In this document: positions 40,137-50,996 of the stretch, piece by piece
How positions within the stretch are numbered: position 1 is the first letter of the stretch
Layout of the letters: each line of letters opens with the position of its first letter
NCBI GenBank assembly: GCA_963719515.1
Contig: CAVRCJ010000017.1
Coordinates: 1-64,000 of the forward strand
DNA: 64,000 bases
Direction of reading: 5' to 3'
DNA from: an uncultured cyanobacterium
GTDB taxonomy: Bacteria > Cyanobacteriota > Cyanobacteriia > CAKZMO01
Notes under the pieces: model-generated
What the model saw: the letters and a program-made list of their open reading frames with translations, nothing else
The model's database searches: none
Told to the model about the DNA's origin: nothing
Made by a program: the position numbers and the translations under genes

Positions 40137-42608
40137 CTACTGCGTCACGCGCAGCTGCTCTTCGCGGCGAATTAGACTATCGCACAAGATGGTGACAATG
40201 TGGGCCTGTAGGGCCTGGGCAAGGTCGGGGTCATTCTCCTTCATGCGGCTGAAAGCGTCCCGCGTCAGGCAATGGAGTTGGCTAAGCTTGTCGGTAACCA
40301 CAGAGGTTGAGAGGGGAACCTTACCGAAAAACCGCATTTCCCCCAGCAGACTGCCGCCGCCGACCGTCTGTAGGCGCTTCGGGTGGTCACCGGTTTCTAG
40401 CAGCATGCTTACCTGCCCTGACTCGATAAAGTACAGATCAGACACCGCTTCCCCACGGCGAAAAATGTAGTGGCAAGGGGGGAGCAACTGCGGCTCTAGG
40501 TAAGGGATAAAGCGCTCGACCTGCTCCGGGATGAGAAACATAGCCGTCAGCTGCGCCGCTAGGTCACTAGCGGGGGGAGTCCCCGATGTCGCCGCCAGCT
40601 GCTGCTCCTCGCACCACTCCAGCGCCCGATCGATGTCGGGAAACACCTGGCAGTAGTCCAGCGCCCGGTCGAAGCCTTCCCCTCGCTGGAGCGTGACCTC
40701 AAACTCAGCGGTGAGGTTGGTGAGCGCGAGGGTGAACTGCTGCTTACGGGCCAGCCGCAAAATCTTGTTGAAGGTGAGGACGGCGGAGGAGTCTATCCCG
40801 GTGACCTGGCGAAAGTCGATGAGTAGATAGCGGAGGGGCTGAGATTGCTGGGCCGTTTGAGCCGCATTGGGATACACACCATCGGCATCGTTCTGACTCC
40901 AGTCAGTCTCACTAGACCCAGACTCGCTAAACTCGATCTCATCAGCCCCAAGCTCACTACCAGGTTCAGCCCTATCAGACTGCTCCGGCGAATCGCCCCC
41001 CAGAACGCGATCGCGGACCTTGCTCAGCAGGTAGTTGGCGGTGCCGAAAAACAAAAAGCCCTGTAGCTCTAGAACGTAGATTTGGTCGCCGCTGCGGGAA
41101 AGAATCTGGTCCTGCGCTGGAGGCCGGTCTAAGTTGCTGCGAATTTGAGCGCCTGAGGTGACCTGCCTGGCGACGTCGACCTGGCTATAGCGATACATAA
41201 AGCTAATGACGGTGAGCACAAACCCCACCGCAATTCCCTGCAAAAAACCAGCGGCGTCAATCACAACGACGGTGGCCCAAACCGAGAGGTAGTCGGCTAA
41301 GGGCAGTTTGAAGTAGGCGCTATATCCCCACCGCAGCAGCAGTGACAGCCCTAAGTAGAGCAGCAGGCACCCCAAAATTGCTTTGGGCAAATAGGCTAAA
41401 AAGGTCGACCCTAAGATTAAAACGGCGATCGCCGGCAGCGTCGCAACGAGCCCAGTCAGGCGGTGGGGGGCTCCCATGTCATGGACGAGCAGGGTGCTCG
41501 GCATCGCCTGACTCCCCACCATGCCGCCCCCCAGTCCAGACAGCAGATTGCCCAGTCCAACGGCCCTGAGTTCACGGCTCAAGTTGAGGTCTCGTTCAAC
41601 CACCACCTCGATACTGCTGTTGCTCAGCAGCAGGGAGAGCAGCGAGACAAAGACTACGGTGACGATGCTGCCGGTTTGATGGGCGATCGCCCGCCAATGG
41701 ACCCCAGAAAAGGTATCGAGGGTCAACGGATGCCATAGCCCTCCCTCGCCGTCGGGAAAGGGGCCCAGCAGCAGTCCGCTGGCGCGAGCCGCCTCTAAGG
41801 GAGTGCGCGTCACCCACAGCCCCAAGTAGAACAACCCCGTGCATCCCAGCAGGGCCACTGGCATCACCCAAGACTGCTTGAATAGCCGGGTAACCGTCAG
41901 CAACACCAGCGCAAACCCCAAGCCGGGAAGCCAAAGGGGCACCCTGTCAGCCTGAAATAGGGCGGATAGGGTCTCCAGGCTGAGCTGTTGACTGGTGGTC
42001 ACCTGCACAAACCCCTTCGTCAGCAGCCAGCCTGTCCCGGCCATGAACCCCCCGATGACGGGGTAGGGAACCACGCGAATCCGCTCTCCCTGGTTAGAAA
42101 CGCCCAAGGCCAGCAGCAGCAGTCCCGTGAGCAGGGAAGTGAGGGCGATCGCTACCGCCACGGTGGCCAGCAGCTCCGCCTCCGGAACAACACCGGACAG
42201 CTCTTGGGCGATGCTGCCCGCCATGAGCGCTAAAATTGCCGTTGGGGCCGCTAGGGGGGTCGCGATGATGCCGGGAAGAGTGCTGGTGAGAGCCACCAGA
42301 CCGCAAATTATGCAGGTGCTGTACAGCGCTACGCCCAATCCATTGGGCAAAAAAGCTTCTAGGGAGCCCGAGAAGATGAGGCTGGCATAGGAAATTGCGC
42401 GAATAGCACCGATGACGCCCGTAATTAGACCTGCAGGCACGCTAGAGAGCAGGGCGCTGGGCTGAAAATTAGCTCTGAGCTGCTGCAGTAAATGCGGCGA
42501 CGAGGAAGGCTGGGCGAGTTGGGTCATTTCGGCGGGAGACAAAAGTTTAGCTGAGTGCTGCAGGCTATGGCGAGTCAGAGCCGGACTGAGGGCCAGATTG
42601 GGCAGCAC
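40137..42608 (-). CDS. SulP family anion transporter with STAS and cNMP-binding domains
   Basis: Same SulP motifs plus C-terminal LYFIESGQV..LGEM (cNMP). Start uncertain (42608 or 42527). Confidence 0.9.
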   Translation of the reverse strand: MLPNLALSPALTRHSLQHSAKLLSPAEMTQLAQPSSSPHLLQQLRANFQPSALLSSVPAGLITGVIGAIRAISYASLIFSGSLEAFLPNGLGVALYSTCIICGLVALTSTLPGIIATPLAAPTAILALMAGSIAQELSGVVPEAELLATVAVAIALTSLLTGLLLLALGVSNQGERIRVVPYPVIGGFMAGTGWLLTKGFVQVTTSQQLSLETLSALFQADRVPLWLPGLGFALVLLTVTRLFKQSWVMPVALLGCTGLFYLGLWVTRTPLEAARASGLLLGPFPDGEGGLWHPLTLDTFSGVHWRAIAHQTGSIVTVVFVSLLSLLLSNSSIEVVVERDLNLSRELRAVGLGNLLSGLGGGMVGSQAMPSTLLVHDMGAPHRLTGLVATLPAIAVLILGSTFLAYLPKAILGCLLLYLGLSLLLRWGYSAYFKLPLADYLSVWATVVVIDAAGFLQGIAVGFVLTVISFMYRYSQVDVARQVTSGAQIRSNLDRPPAQDQILSRSGDQIYVLELQGFLFFGTANYLLSKVRDRVLGGDSPEQSDRAEPGSELGADEIEFSESGSSETDWSQNDADGVYPNAAQTAQQSQPLRYLLIDFRQVTGIDSSAVLTFNKILRLARKQQFTLALTNLTAEFEVTLQRGEGFDRALDYCQVFPDIDRALEWCEEQQLAATSGTPPASDLAAQLTAMFLIPEQVERFIPYLEPQLLPPCHYIFRRGEAVSDLYFIESGQVSMLLETGDHPKRLQTVGGGSLLGEMRFFGKVPLSTSVVTDKLSQLHCLTRDAFSRMKENDPDLAQALQAHIVTILCDSLIRREEQLRVTQ

Positions 42609-42790
42609 TCCTCACTAACCCATACCGGCGTCTCTCAAGGTGTATTGTCACCTACATTTTTGTGTCAGAACCCTGCAGTATGGTGAGGGCGGAGAAGGGG
42701 CCTAGCGCCCCCTGAATTGTCTCACATGAAAATTTGACCCAAGGGTGGTTTTCCGTGAGACTGTGGACTAGACGGTATGACCCAATCCCT

Positions 42791-43108
42791 ATGATTCAGC
42801 GGCGTCTTCGTAGTCTGCACAAGTTCATAGCCCCGATCGTGATGCTGCCCTTGGTGGTGACTGTTTTTACCGGGGTTACCTATCGCCTCTCAAAAGATTG
42901 GTTTGGCTGGACCCGCGACCAGGCCCACTGGCTGATGGTGATCCATGAAGGAGAGTATTTGGGCGAGCGGCTGAAGTCGGTTTACGTCCTGCTAAATGGG
43001 CTGGGGCTGCTATGGATGCTGGTGACGGGCGGGACAATGTGGTTTCAGTCGGTTCGACAGTCTCTAGGGCAGAGGAAACCGGTTCAGCAGGCGGAGTCGG
43101 ACGCGTGA
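42791..43108 (+). CDS. PepSY-associated TM domain protein
   Basis: RSLHKFIAP..TGV, IHEGEYLG and LNGLGL..LVTG motifs. Confidence 0.8.
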   Translation: MIQRRLRSLHKFIAPIVMLPLVVTVFTGVTYRLSKDWFGWTRDQAHWLMVIHEGEYLGERLKSVYVLLNGLGLLWMLVTGGTMWFQSVRQSLGQRKPVQQAESDA

Positions 43109-43220
43109 GTATCTTTCCTCGACAAATCCGCCGCCGTATCAGACCAGAAAATCCGATTCGCCGCGAAAGCGTGCGGGTTTGGGAAGACAGCGTAGGGGCC
43201 TCTAGGGCATCTTCCGAAGC

Positions 43221-44957
43221 TCAGTCATTGGGCGTATGCCGCGAAAAGACGTATACCCGCTGAGTCTGCAGGCGATCGCCCAGATCTGACGGCTGAATTA
43301 CCTTCTCAGCGGGTTCGGTCTGAGGCAGCTTAAAAATCTGCCGATCTAGCTTCACCTGCAGATTTGCCATAGGGTCGTGGCCTGGAGACACCATAAACTC
43401 CAGCCGCTCCACGTCAGGCCAAGCCACCACCTGATCCAAAATGGCGGTCATGGCCTGCACGTAAGGATGCTCGGAATCCTGATACCAATCGGCGGAGGCG
43501 ATCGCAGGCTGGTCCAAGCCTAAGTGAAAAATCAAGTCTGAGCGGTCAAACAGCGCCAGCGCCACCGACCGGGCCTCCTCCTGCAGCAGCAGATTTTGCG
43601 ACTGACACAGGTGCCGCAGCTTCTCCAGCCGCTCATAGCGCACCTCAACAGAGGGGCTGTCAGACCACTGCATCGCCACCGTCGCCAGGTAGGTTTGCAG
43701 CAGCAGATGCCCCAGCTTCTCCGCTTTGGTAGCCAGATAAGCGGCGTTGTAGGCGTTGGCCTCAATCAGCAGCGGCACCCGGTTCACCATCTCCAGACCG
43801 TAGCCCTTCAGTCCGGCAATCTTGCGGGGGTTGTTGGTGATCAAGCAAAACTTTCGAACGCCGATGTCGTTTAAAATCTGCGCCCCCATGCCGTAGTTGC
43901 GCTGGTCGGCAGGGAAGCCCAGGCGCTCGTTGGCAGCGACGGTGTCCAGGCCCTTGTCCTGCAGCGCATAGGCCTTCAGCTTATTGACTAGCCCAATGCC
44001 GCGTCCCTCCTGACGCAGGTAGACCACCACTCCGGCCCCGGCGCTGTCGATCATCTTCAGGGCCGCCTGCAGCTGACCCCGACAGTCGCAGCGCAGAGAG
44101 CCTAGCGCGTCCCCCGTCAGGCATTCAGAATGGACCCGCACCAGCACGGAGCGATCGCCAAAGGTGTCTGGGTCGCCCTTTACCAGGGCCACATGCTCAG
44201 AGCCATCCAGCTGGTTGCGGTAGGCGTAGACCTTGAAGTCGCCAAACAGACTGGGCAACTCAGCAATCGTTTCCCGCTGCACAAAGCGCTCGTGCTGCAG
44301 GCGATAGCTGATCAAGTCGGCAATGCTGATCAGCTTGAGGCCGCGCTGACGGGAGTAGTCGATCAGCTCCGGCAGGCGAGACATCGAGCCGTCGGGGTTT
44401 TGAATTTCGCAGATGACGCCAGCCGGATACAGCCCCGCCAGCCGCGCTAGGTCTACCCCCGCTTCAGTGTGGCCCGCCCGCCGCAGCACCCCGCCGTCCT
44501 GGGCGCGCAGGGGAAAAATGTGGCCGGGACGCCGCAAATCGCTGGACTGGGCCTTGGGGTTGATGGCAATCTGGATGGTGCGGGCGCGATCTTCCGCCGA
44601 AATGCCGGTCGTTACCCCCAGATGCACCGCCGCGTCAATGCTAACGGTGAAGGCGGTCTGCTCGCTGTCGTCGGTTTTATGGCTCACCATCAGCGGCAGG
44701 TCTAATTCGTCGAGGCGATCGCCCGTCATGGCGAGGCAGATCAGACCGCGAGCATCCACCGCCATAAAGTTGATCATGCTGGGGGTGGCAAACTGGGCCG
44801 CGCAGATCACATCTCCCTCATTTTCGCGGTTTTCGTCATCAACCACGACAATGGCGCGCCCCGACTTTAGCTCGACAAGGGCAGCTTCAACAGTATCAAA
44901 CTCAAAATCTAGGCCCGATCCGGGCGGGTATTGCGATTCCACAAGAGCGCTCAACAA
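43221..44957 (-). CDS. ribBA: Bifunctional DHBP synthase / GTP cyclohydrolase II
   Basis: DDENRENEGD, RAGHTE, RVHSECLTGD, CDC and QEGRGIG motifs. Confidence 0.97.
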   Translation of the reverse strand: MLSALVESQYPPGSGLDFEFDTVEAALVELKSGRAIVVVDDENRENEGDVICAAQFATPSMINFMAVDARGLICLAMTGDRLDELDLPLMVSHKTDDSEQTAFTVSIDAAVHLGVTTGISAEDRARTIQIAINPKAQSSDLRRPGHIFPLRAQDGGVLRRAGHTEAGVDLARLAGLYPAGVICEIQNPDGSMSRLPELIDYSRQRGLKLISIADLISYRLQHERFVQRETIAELPSLFGDFKVYAYRNQLDGSEHVALVKGDPDTFGDRSVLVRVHSECLTGDALGSLRCDCRGQLQAALKMIDSAGAGVVVYLRQEGRGIGLVNKLKAYALQDKGLDTVAANERLGFPADQRNYGMGAQILNDIGVRKFCLITNNPRKIAGLKGYGLEMVNRVPLLIEANAYNAAYLATKAEKLGHLLLQTYLATVAMQWSDSPSVEVRYERLEKLRHLCQSQNLLLQEEARSVALALFDRSDLIFHLGLDQPAIASADWYQDSEHPYVQAMTAILDQVVAWPDVERLEFMVSPGHDPMANLQVKLDRQIFKLPQTEPAEKVIQPSDLGDRLQTQRVYVFSRHTPND

Positions 44958-45151
44958 AGGTAGGGCATTGCGGGTAACCTTTAAGGCCAGCCGTACCTAA
45001 ATCTTATCGCTGATCTATTCGGACCGCTTTTCGGGCGAGATTCGCGCTACGTCGCGGTTATTCACGGCGCTCATACCGTAAACTTTGAACTACAATTCAA
45101 CTGCAGCATCAAGGACTGGGTAAAGACGGCGCAGTCAGGTGAAATAACGCT

Positions 45152-46207
45152 ATGGGAAATTCGAAAATACCGATCGGTATTGTAGGGGCATCGGGCTACG
45201 GTGGGGTTCAGCTTGTGCGGCTGCTGCTGGAGCACCCTCAAGTTGAGATTGCCTATCTAGGCGGCGACAGCAGTGCCGGTAAGCCGTTCGCCGACCTGTA
45301 TCCCCACCTAGGACATCAGGTGGTTCGAAACATTGAATCGATCGACTTAGACCAGATCGCTGAGCGATGCGAGGCGGTCTTTTTGTCGTTGCCCAACGGC
45401 CTCGCCTGCAAGATGGCTCCGCAGCTGCTGGAGCGGGGGTGCCGCGTCCTCGACCTCTCTGCCGACTACCGCTTTCAGGACTTAGAGACCTACACCGCTT
45501 GGTACGGCGGGGAGCGGGACGATAGGGTCACTGCCCAAGATGCGGTCTACGGTCTGCCGGAGCTGTACCGCGATCGCATTCGGTCAGCTTCTCTGGTGGG
45601 CTGCCCGGGCTGCTACCCGACAGCCAGCCTGATGGCGCTGGCGCCGCTGATGAAGCAGGGGCTTATTGAGCCGGGAAGCGCCATCATCGACGCTAAGTCT
45701 GGCACTTCAGGCGGCGGGCGCAGCGCCAAAACCCACCTGCTGCTCGCTGAGGCGGACAATTCTATCGCGGCCTACAGCGTCGCGCGACATCGGCACACCC
45801 CGGAAATTGAGCAGATTTGTAGCCAAATGGCGGGGCGTGAGGTCACCGTTCAGTTTACGCCCCACCTCGTGCCTATGGTGCGGGGCATTCTGGCGACGGT
45901 CTACGCCACGCTGCGCGACCCTGGCTTGGTGCGCGAAGATTTACTGACGATTTACAGCGCCTTTTACCGGAGCTCCGCCTGGGTTCGCATTTTGCCCAAT
46001 GGGATCTACCCACAGACCAAGTGGGCGCTGGGCACAAACCTCTGCTATATCGGCATTGAGGTGGACTCACGCACCGGACGCGTTATCGTTATGTCGGCGA
46101 TCGACAACCTGATGAAAGGTCAGGCTGCGCAAGCGGTCCAATGCCTCAACTTGATGATGGATTGGGACGAATCTCAGGGGCTTCCCAAGCTTGGATTCTA
46201 TCCGTAG
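45152..46207 (+). CDS. argC: N-acetyl-gamma-glutamyl-phosphate reductase
   Basis: GASGYGG, PGCYPT and IDNLMKG motifs. Confidence 0.97.
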   Translation: MGNSKIPIGIVGASGYGGVQLVRLLLEHPQVEIAYLGGDSSAGKPFADLYPHLGHQVVRNIESIDLDQIAERCEAVFLSLPNGLACKMAPQLLERGCRVLDLSADYRFQDLETYTAWYGGERDDRVTAQDAVYGLPELYRDRIRSASLVGCPGCYPTASLMALAPLMKQGLIEPGSAIIDAKSGTSGGGRSAKTHLLLAEADNSIAAYSVARHRHTPEIEQICSQMAGREVTVQFTPHLVPMVRGILATVYATLRDPGLVREDLLTIYSAFYRSSAWVRILPNGIYPQTKWALGTNLCYIGIEVDSRTGRVIVMSAIDNLMKGQAAQAVQCLNLMMDWDESQGLPKLGFYP

Positions 46208-46322
46208 GGCCAAATCAAAACGGCGCTGCTGCCGGACGTGAAGCCGCGACTTCAGCGCCAGGTCTTCAGCGCCAGGGCTTTGATTTCCCTAGCGCTGAAG
46301 ACTGGCTTAGGCTCTGGCCGAC

Positions 46323-47867
46323 CTAAGCGAAGTTTGCGCTATCCGTCACGTCAACGCCAATGACAATGGCCAGCTTTTGGTTGGTCTCCTCGACACGAAT
46401 AGTACTGTTGCCGCCGCGTACAGTCACCGATAGGTCATCGAAGCTCAAGCCACCGCCATCAATGATATCAGTGCCCTTTTGAAAGCCCTCAAACAGATCA
46501 ACTCCCCGGGCTACTTCCAAACAGTAGATGTCGGCGCCCCCGCCCCCGCGTAGAACGTCTCGTCCATTGCCGCCAGACATTAGGTCATCTCCTTTGTTGC
46601 CGCGCAGAATGTCGCTGCCGCCGCCGCCGAGGAGTTCGTCGTTACCTTTGTTGCCTGACAGTACGTCGCGCCCCGCGCCACCCAAGATAATATCGTTGCC
46701 GGAGCCACCGGTAATGACGTCCCGGGCCTGTCCTCCACTCAGGAAATCTGCGCCACCGTCGCCGTTCAGAAAGTCACGGGCCCTGCCGCCCAAGATGCGA
46801 TCGCTACCGGCCCCTCCGAATATTAGATCTCGGCCATCTCCGCCGTTAATTTCGTCATTACCCCTCAAGCCTTGAACAATATCTCCGCCGCCGCGGGCTA
46901 GGATAACGTCATCTTGAGCTGTCCCGGTGATTGTTTCAGAGGCGCCAGTGCCAGAGATGACGCTAACGAAATCCGGTAGGACATCCCCGTCGTCCTCGTT
47001 TCCGCCCGTGGTCGGAGGAGGCGCGACGGGAGGCGTCACGGAAGGCGTAGTCGGGGCAGGCGTCACGGGAGGCGTAGTCGGGATAGGCGTCACGGGAGGC
47101 GTAGTCGGGGTGACAGAAGGCTCAACATCGTTGTCCTGAATCACCAAGTTTGCCTGACTTACCGCGCCAACAAAGCCATTGCCGTTATCCGACGTCAGCG
47201 TCAGCAGAACAGTCTCATCAGATTCGACAACGCTGTCGTCGAGAAGGGGAATAGCCGCGCTAGCCGTCGATTCTCCATCAGCAAATGTGACGACGATTGG
47301 CGAAGCGGTGTAGTCGGCCCCTGCCGTAGCGGATGGCTCAGCTCCATCCGCCAAGTTCACCGTGACCGAAACTTCACCTTCTGTAGAGCCTTCCCGAATT
47401 AGATTGACCGTTGCCGGACCTTCTCCCTCATTGGCGCTAAAGGTCGCGCCGCCAAAAGAGACGGTGCCAATGCTCACTGGCGTGAACGTAAGCGCCCCGA
47501 CTCGGGCGTATTCCTCTAGATTGCGTGTGCCAGTCAGAACAATATCTTGATTTTCCAAGATAAAGACGCGAGTTGCCAGAGGACCATTCGGAACGGCGGT
47601 ATTGCCGGGTGCCGGATTGCTAAATTCTATTGAACCCCCTACGTTGAGAGAGATTCCAGCGACGCCATCGCTCTCATCGATATAGGAGGCACTAACATCG
47701 TACAGACCACTAGTGCCAGTGAAAGCAAATGTTGCTGTGCCTGTTGCGCCTGAACTAGTTCCATTAATTGGAATTTGAATGACTGGAAAGGCGAATCGAG
47801 AAGAATTTTCGTAAGTCGACAGCGTGACGGCAGGATTATTCGATAGCTCAACGGTCGTTGGTGGCAT
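46323..47867 (-). CDS. Secreted Calx-beta + RTX (hemolysin-type Ca-binding) protein
   Basis: Calx-beta (ATAGADY..VTFADGE..DDSVVESDET), PT-rich linker, and many GGxGxD nonapeptides. Confidence 0.88.
   Translation of the reverse strand: MPPTTVELSNNPAVTLSTYENSSRFAFPVIQIPINGTSSGATGTATFAFTGTSGLYDVSASYIDESDGVAGISLNVGGSIEFSNPAPGNTAVPNGPLATRVFILENQDIVLTGTRNLEEYARVGALTFTPVSIGTVSFGGATFSANEGEGPATVNLIREGSTEGEVSVTVNLADGAEPSATAGADYTASPIVVTFADGESTASAAIPLLDDSVVESDETVLLTLTSDNGNGFVGAVSQANLVIQDNDVEPSVTPTTPPVTPIPTTPPVTPAPTTPSVTPPVAPPPTTGGNEDDGDVLPDFVSVISGTGASETITGTAQDDVILARGGGDIVQGLRGNDEINGGDGRDLIFGGAGSDRILGGRARDFLNGDGGADFLSGGQARDVITGGSGNDIILGGAGRDVLSGNKGNDELLGGGGSDILRGNKGDDLMSGGNGRDVLRGGGGADIYCLEVARGVDLFEGFQKGTDIIDGGGLSFDDLSVTVRGGNSTIRVEETNQKLAIVIGVDVTDSANFA
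47022..47115. repeat. 27-bp coding tandem repeat (PTTPPVTPx linker)
   Basis: Repeated GGCGTCACGGGAGGCGTAGTCGGG units. Confidence 0.8.
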
Positions 47868-48373
47868 TTAGTATTGTCCTTAGGTGAAGTTCGTGGCCTT
47901 GTCAGCGCAAATATTTGAAAATTTTGATTGAAACGGAAGTTGCTCCTCAAGCCAAGATTGACCTGACCCAAAGCGAGAAAGGGGCGGCGAAGAAAAGCTC
48001 TCTGCTGGTCTAACAGCCGGGGAATTGAGCTGATTTGCCCAAGCAACGCCTTTCCAACAGCACACAAAATTCTCCAAATAAAGGCTCTATCCGCAGCCCA
48101 ACTGAGTGAAAAAAGATCAAGCTGATGGCCAGCGCAAAGCCACACATAAACTAACGGCAGCAATTAGGAGAAATCAGCAGCGTTTTTAGAGCTTTATTGT
48201 GTCTTGATAGTAAAGCGGCTTGTGTAAGAGGACGTTAAGTTAAAGCCTTCTCATATACCCTAAATGGGCAAACTAATGCATGTCCCAATTTGGCTTAGAA
48301 CGCAGCATTTCTAATTTTTTAGAGAGACAAAATTAAACTACGAGCGAGGCGAAAATTTAACGTCAAGCAATGA

Positions 48374-50011
48374 TCATGGGAGGTTGACCAACACTTTGAA
48401 TCGCTGCCAGTGAGCGATCGCCTCAGGCTGACTTGGAACCCCTCGCTGCAGCAAGGCTACGCCGTCCTCAAAAGCCACTAGCCCGTAGGCTCGCTGGGTT
48501 AATCGGTCAACGCGGGGCACCATCTGGCGCAGGCGGTTGGCATCATCTTCAAAAGCAGCGCCATACTGCTGCAGCTGCCAAAGATCGACGATCCCGTAGT
48601 CCACTGCGATCGCCTCTCCCACATCGTCTCTAAGCCGTATGGCCGGAAACCGCACAATTTCTCGGCGACTGGAGAGGTGGGGCACGATGTGGGTCGTGGC
48701 AGAAACGCTAGCGTCCTGAGGAATTTGAGACATCAGCTCTCGAATAGTCCCCACATGAGACCACTGACGGGCGGGGGAGATGTAAACCCGGGGCTGAAAG
48801 GAATCGGGCACCACAAACGACAGCGCCCGATTGGGATTGGATGTGGCCGTAAACAGTAGGGATAGGCCGATACAAAAGACCCAAAACCGCCCTTTCCAGC
48901 GCGCTTTCAACCCCTGTGGTCGCTCTGACCACCATAAAATTGCACCATAGAAAAATCCAGGGACCACCGTCAGAGCGTAGCGCAGGTTGATGGCCAGGGC
49001 GGTGCTATCGTCGCGAATAAATAGTTTCACTAGCGGAAACGCGCTGAGGGCCCAGGCCGACGGGGAAATGGCAGGGACAAACGCGAGGGGGAGCCACTGG
49101 GCCAGCAGGTATTTTAGCGTCCGGTCTACGGGGGTTACCAGGTCTGATAAAAGCTGGCCGGGGCGAGTCAGCAGACCTTTGATCACGTCTAGGGTTGTCG
49201 CCTCGTTGCTGTCAACGTAGGGGGCAAACTGCTCAATCATGAAGCGCCGCGAGATATCCTCCGAGAATAGCGGCATCACGACGTTGGTGAGCACCAGTAT
49301 ATAGCCCAAACTAACGACGCAGGTCGCCAGGCCCAAACCCGGGCGACGGCTTACCGCCAAATAGCAGCCAATGCTAAACAGAATGACCCCGGCATCCTCC
49401 CGAATCGCCAGCACTACGGCAGCAGCCATCCAGAAAACCCACCAGCGCCGCTGCTCTACCGCCAAAAACAGCGTAAAGGTAAACAGCGGTACCTGACATA
49501 AGTCGTGAAAATTGGCCAGGCTAGGACCGACTACTGCATTGGCAGCGTAGAAGCTGATGGTGATTAAGGTGGCGATCGCCACGCCTAGGCGCTCCCGAGC
49601 CAGCCGGTAAAGCAGCAGCCCCGCCGCCGTAAGCAGCGTAATTTGTAGGACAAGCAGCGTAGCGGGATATGGAAATAGAGCGTAGAGAGGGAGCCACAGC
49701 AGCAGGGCTGGGGTGAAATGCTGGCCGAGACGGTGGTAGCCAACAAAGGGAAGCTCGCCGTCGTGAACCACTGGAGTAGAGAGGGTAGAAGACAGGGAGC
49801 TTTGAAAGAGTCTGCCGTGGGCACTGTTCCAAAACACCTGGTTGAAGATGCCTTGGTCAAACGAGGCATAGGAGGGGTACATGCTGTAGTGGCGATGCAG
49901 CAGCAGCACAACCAGGGCGGCCCAAAACAGCAGCGCGGCAGCTATTGCCCCTTGACTGAGGCCGAAGCGCTCGCGCTGTGTCCATTTGAGACGTTGTTCT
50001 ATTCTCATCAT
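48374..50011 (-). CDS. DUF2079 family membrane protein (GT-C-like)
   Basis: FDQGIFNQ, HRLGQHFTP, NFH and REDA motifs; multiple TM segments. Confidence 0.85.
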   Translation of the reverse strand: MMRIEQRLKWTQRERFGLSQGAIAAALLFWAALVVLLLHRHYSMYPSYASFDQGIFNQVFWNSAHGRLFQSSLSSTLSTPVVHDGELPFVGYHRLGQHFTPALLLWLPLYALFPYPATLLVLQITLLTAAGLLLYRLARERLGVAIATLITISFYAANAVVGPSLANFHDLCQVPLFTFTLFLAVEQRRWWVFWMAAAVVLAIREDAGVILFSIGCYLAVSRRPGLGLATCVVSLGYILVLTNVVMPLFSEDISRRFMIEQFAPYVDSNEATTLDVIKGLLTRPGQLLSDLVTPVDRTLKYLLAQWLPLAFVPAISPSAWALSAFPLVKLFIRDDSTALAINLRYALTVVPGFFYGAILWWSERPQGLKARWKGRFWVFCIGLSLLFTATSNPNRALSFVVPDSFQPRVYISPARQWSHVGTIRELMSQIPQDASVSATTHIVPHLSSRREIVRFPAIRLRDDVGEAIAVDYGIVDLWQLQQYGAAFEDDANRLRQMVPRVDRLTQRAYGLVAFEDGVALLQRGVPSQPEAIAHWQRFKVLVNLP

Positions 50012-50036
50012 GCTGAGGATTGAGTTGGGGATATCC

Positions 50037-50915
50037 CTATGACGACGCGATATACCCACGCAGCAGCGCCGCCAGCTTCTTCTTGGTTTCCGCAGGCGCA
50101 CCCTCGAGCGGCGTCAAAATAGCGTCCTTCAGGGCGCAATGGGCGGCAGACTCGGGAGGGGCGGCCTGCAGCCGCTTGACGGTTTCTCGAATCACCGCCT
50201 GGGCATTGGCCGAATTTTTCATCAGGTTGCCAATCACTAGCTCTACCGTGACGCTGTCGTGGTCCGGGTGCCAGCAGTCGTAATCCGTCACCATCGCGAG
50301 CGTTGCGTAGGCAATCTCTGCCTCACGGGCCAGCTTGGCCTCGGGTAAGTTCGTCATTCCGACAACGGCTGCCCCCCAGCTACGGTAGAGGTTAGACTCT
50401 GCCTTGGTGGAGAAAGCGGGGCCTTCCATACAGACATAAGTGCCGCCGCTGTGCCGCTGGATACCCGGAAAGTTGAGGTGGTCGATGGCGTCGGCGATGA
50501 CCTCAGAGAGAGCAGAGCACACCGGTTCGGCAAAGGCAATATGGGCCACGATGCCCTCTCCAAAAAAGGTAGAGGCGCGGTTCTTGGTGCGATCGATAAA
50601 CTGATCCGGCAGCACCATGTCTAGAGGCTTGAACTGCTCTTGAAGCGAACCCACCGCCGACGCCGAAATCAGGTATTTGACGCCCAGCTGCTTCATCGCG
50701 TAGACGTTGGCCCGAAAAGGCAACTCCGACGGCAGCAGTCGATGTCCTCGACCGTGGCGCGCCAGAAAGGCCACCCGTGCTCCCTCCAACGTACCGATAA
50801 TGACGGCATCAGAGGGCGAGCCAAACGGGGTATCTATCTGGACCTCTTCCACGTCCTGCAGCGCGTCCATCTGATAGAGTCCGCTACCGCCAATAATGCC
50901 AATCGTGACGTCCAT
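50037..50915 (-). CDS. mtnP: S-methyl-5'-thioadenosine phosphorylase
   Basis: [27 protein letters not shown] and VTDYDCW motifs. Confidence 0.96.
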   Translation of the reverse strand: MDVTIGIIGGSGLYQMDALQDVEEVQIDTPFGSPSDAVIIGTLEGARVAFLARHGRGHRLLPSELPFRANVYAMKQLGVKYLISASAVGSLQEQFKPLDMVLPDQFIDRTKNRASTFFGEGIVAHIAFAEPVCSALSEVIADAIDHLNFPGIQRHSGGTYVCMEGPAFSTKAESNLYRSWGAAVVGMTNLPEAKLAREAEIAYATLAMVTDYDCWHPDHDSVTVELVIGNLMKNSANAQAVIRETVKRLQAAPPESAAHCALKDAILTPLEGAPAETKKKLAALLRGYIASS

Positions 50916-50996
50916 ACTGCTTCTTGCCCATGCCTGCTCAAGCATTCTACTGATCTGAAATTCTTAAAGCAACTGATGGGGGTTTCCGCTAGCGGC

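Noticed and set aside
43221..43700. C-terminal extension of RibBA as a novelty
   Set aside because: Such an extension is a common feature of cyanobacterial RibBA.
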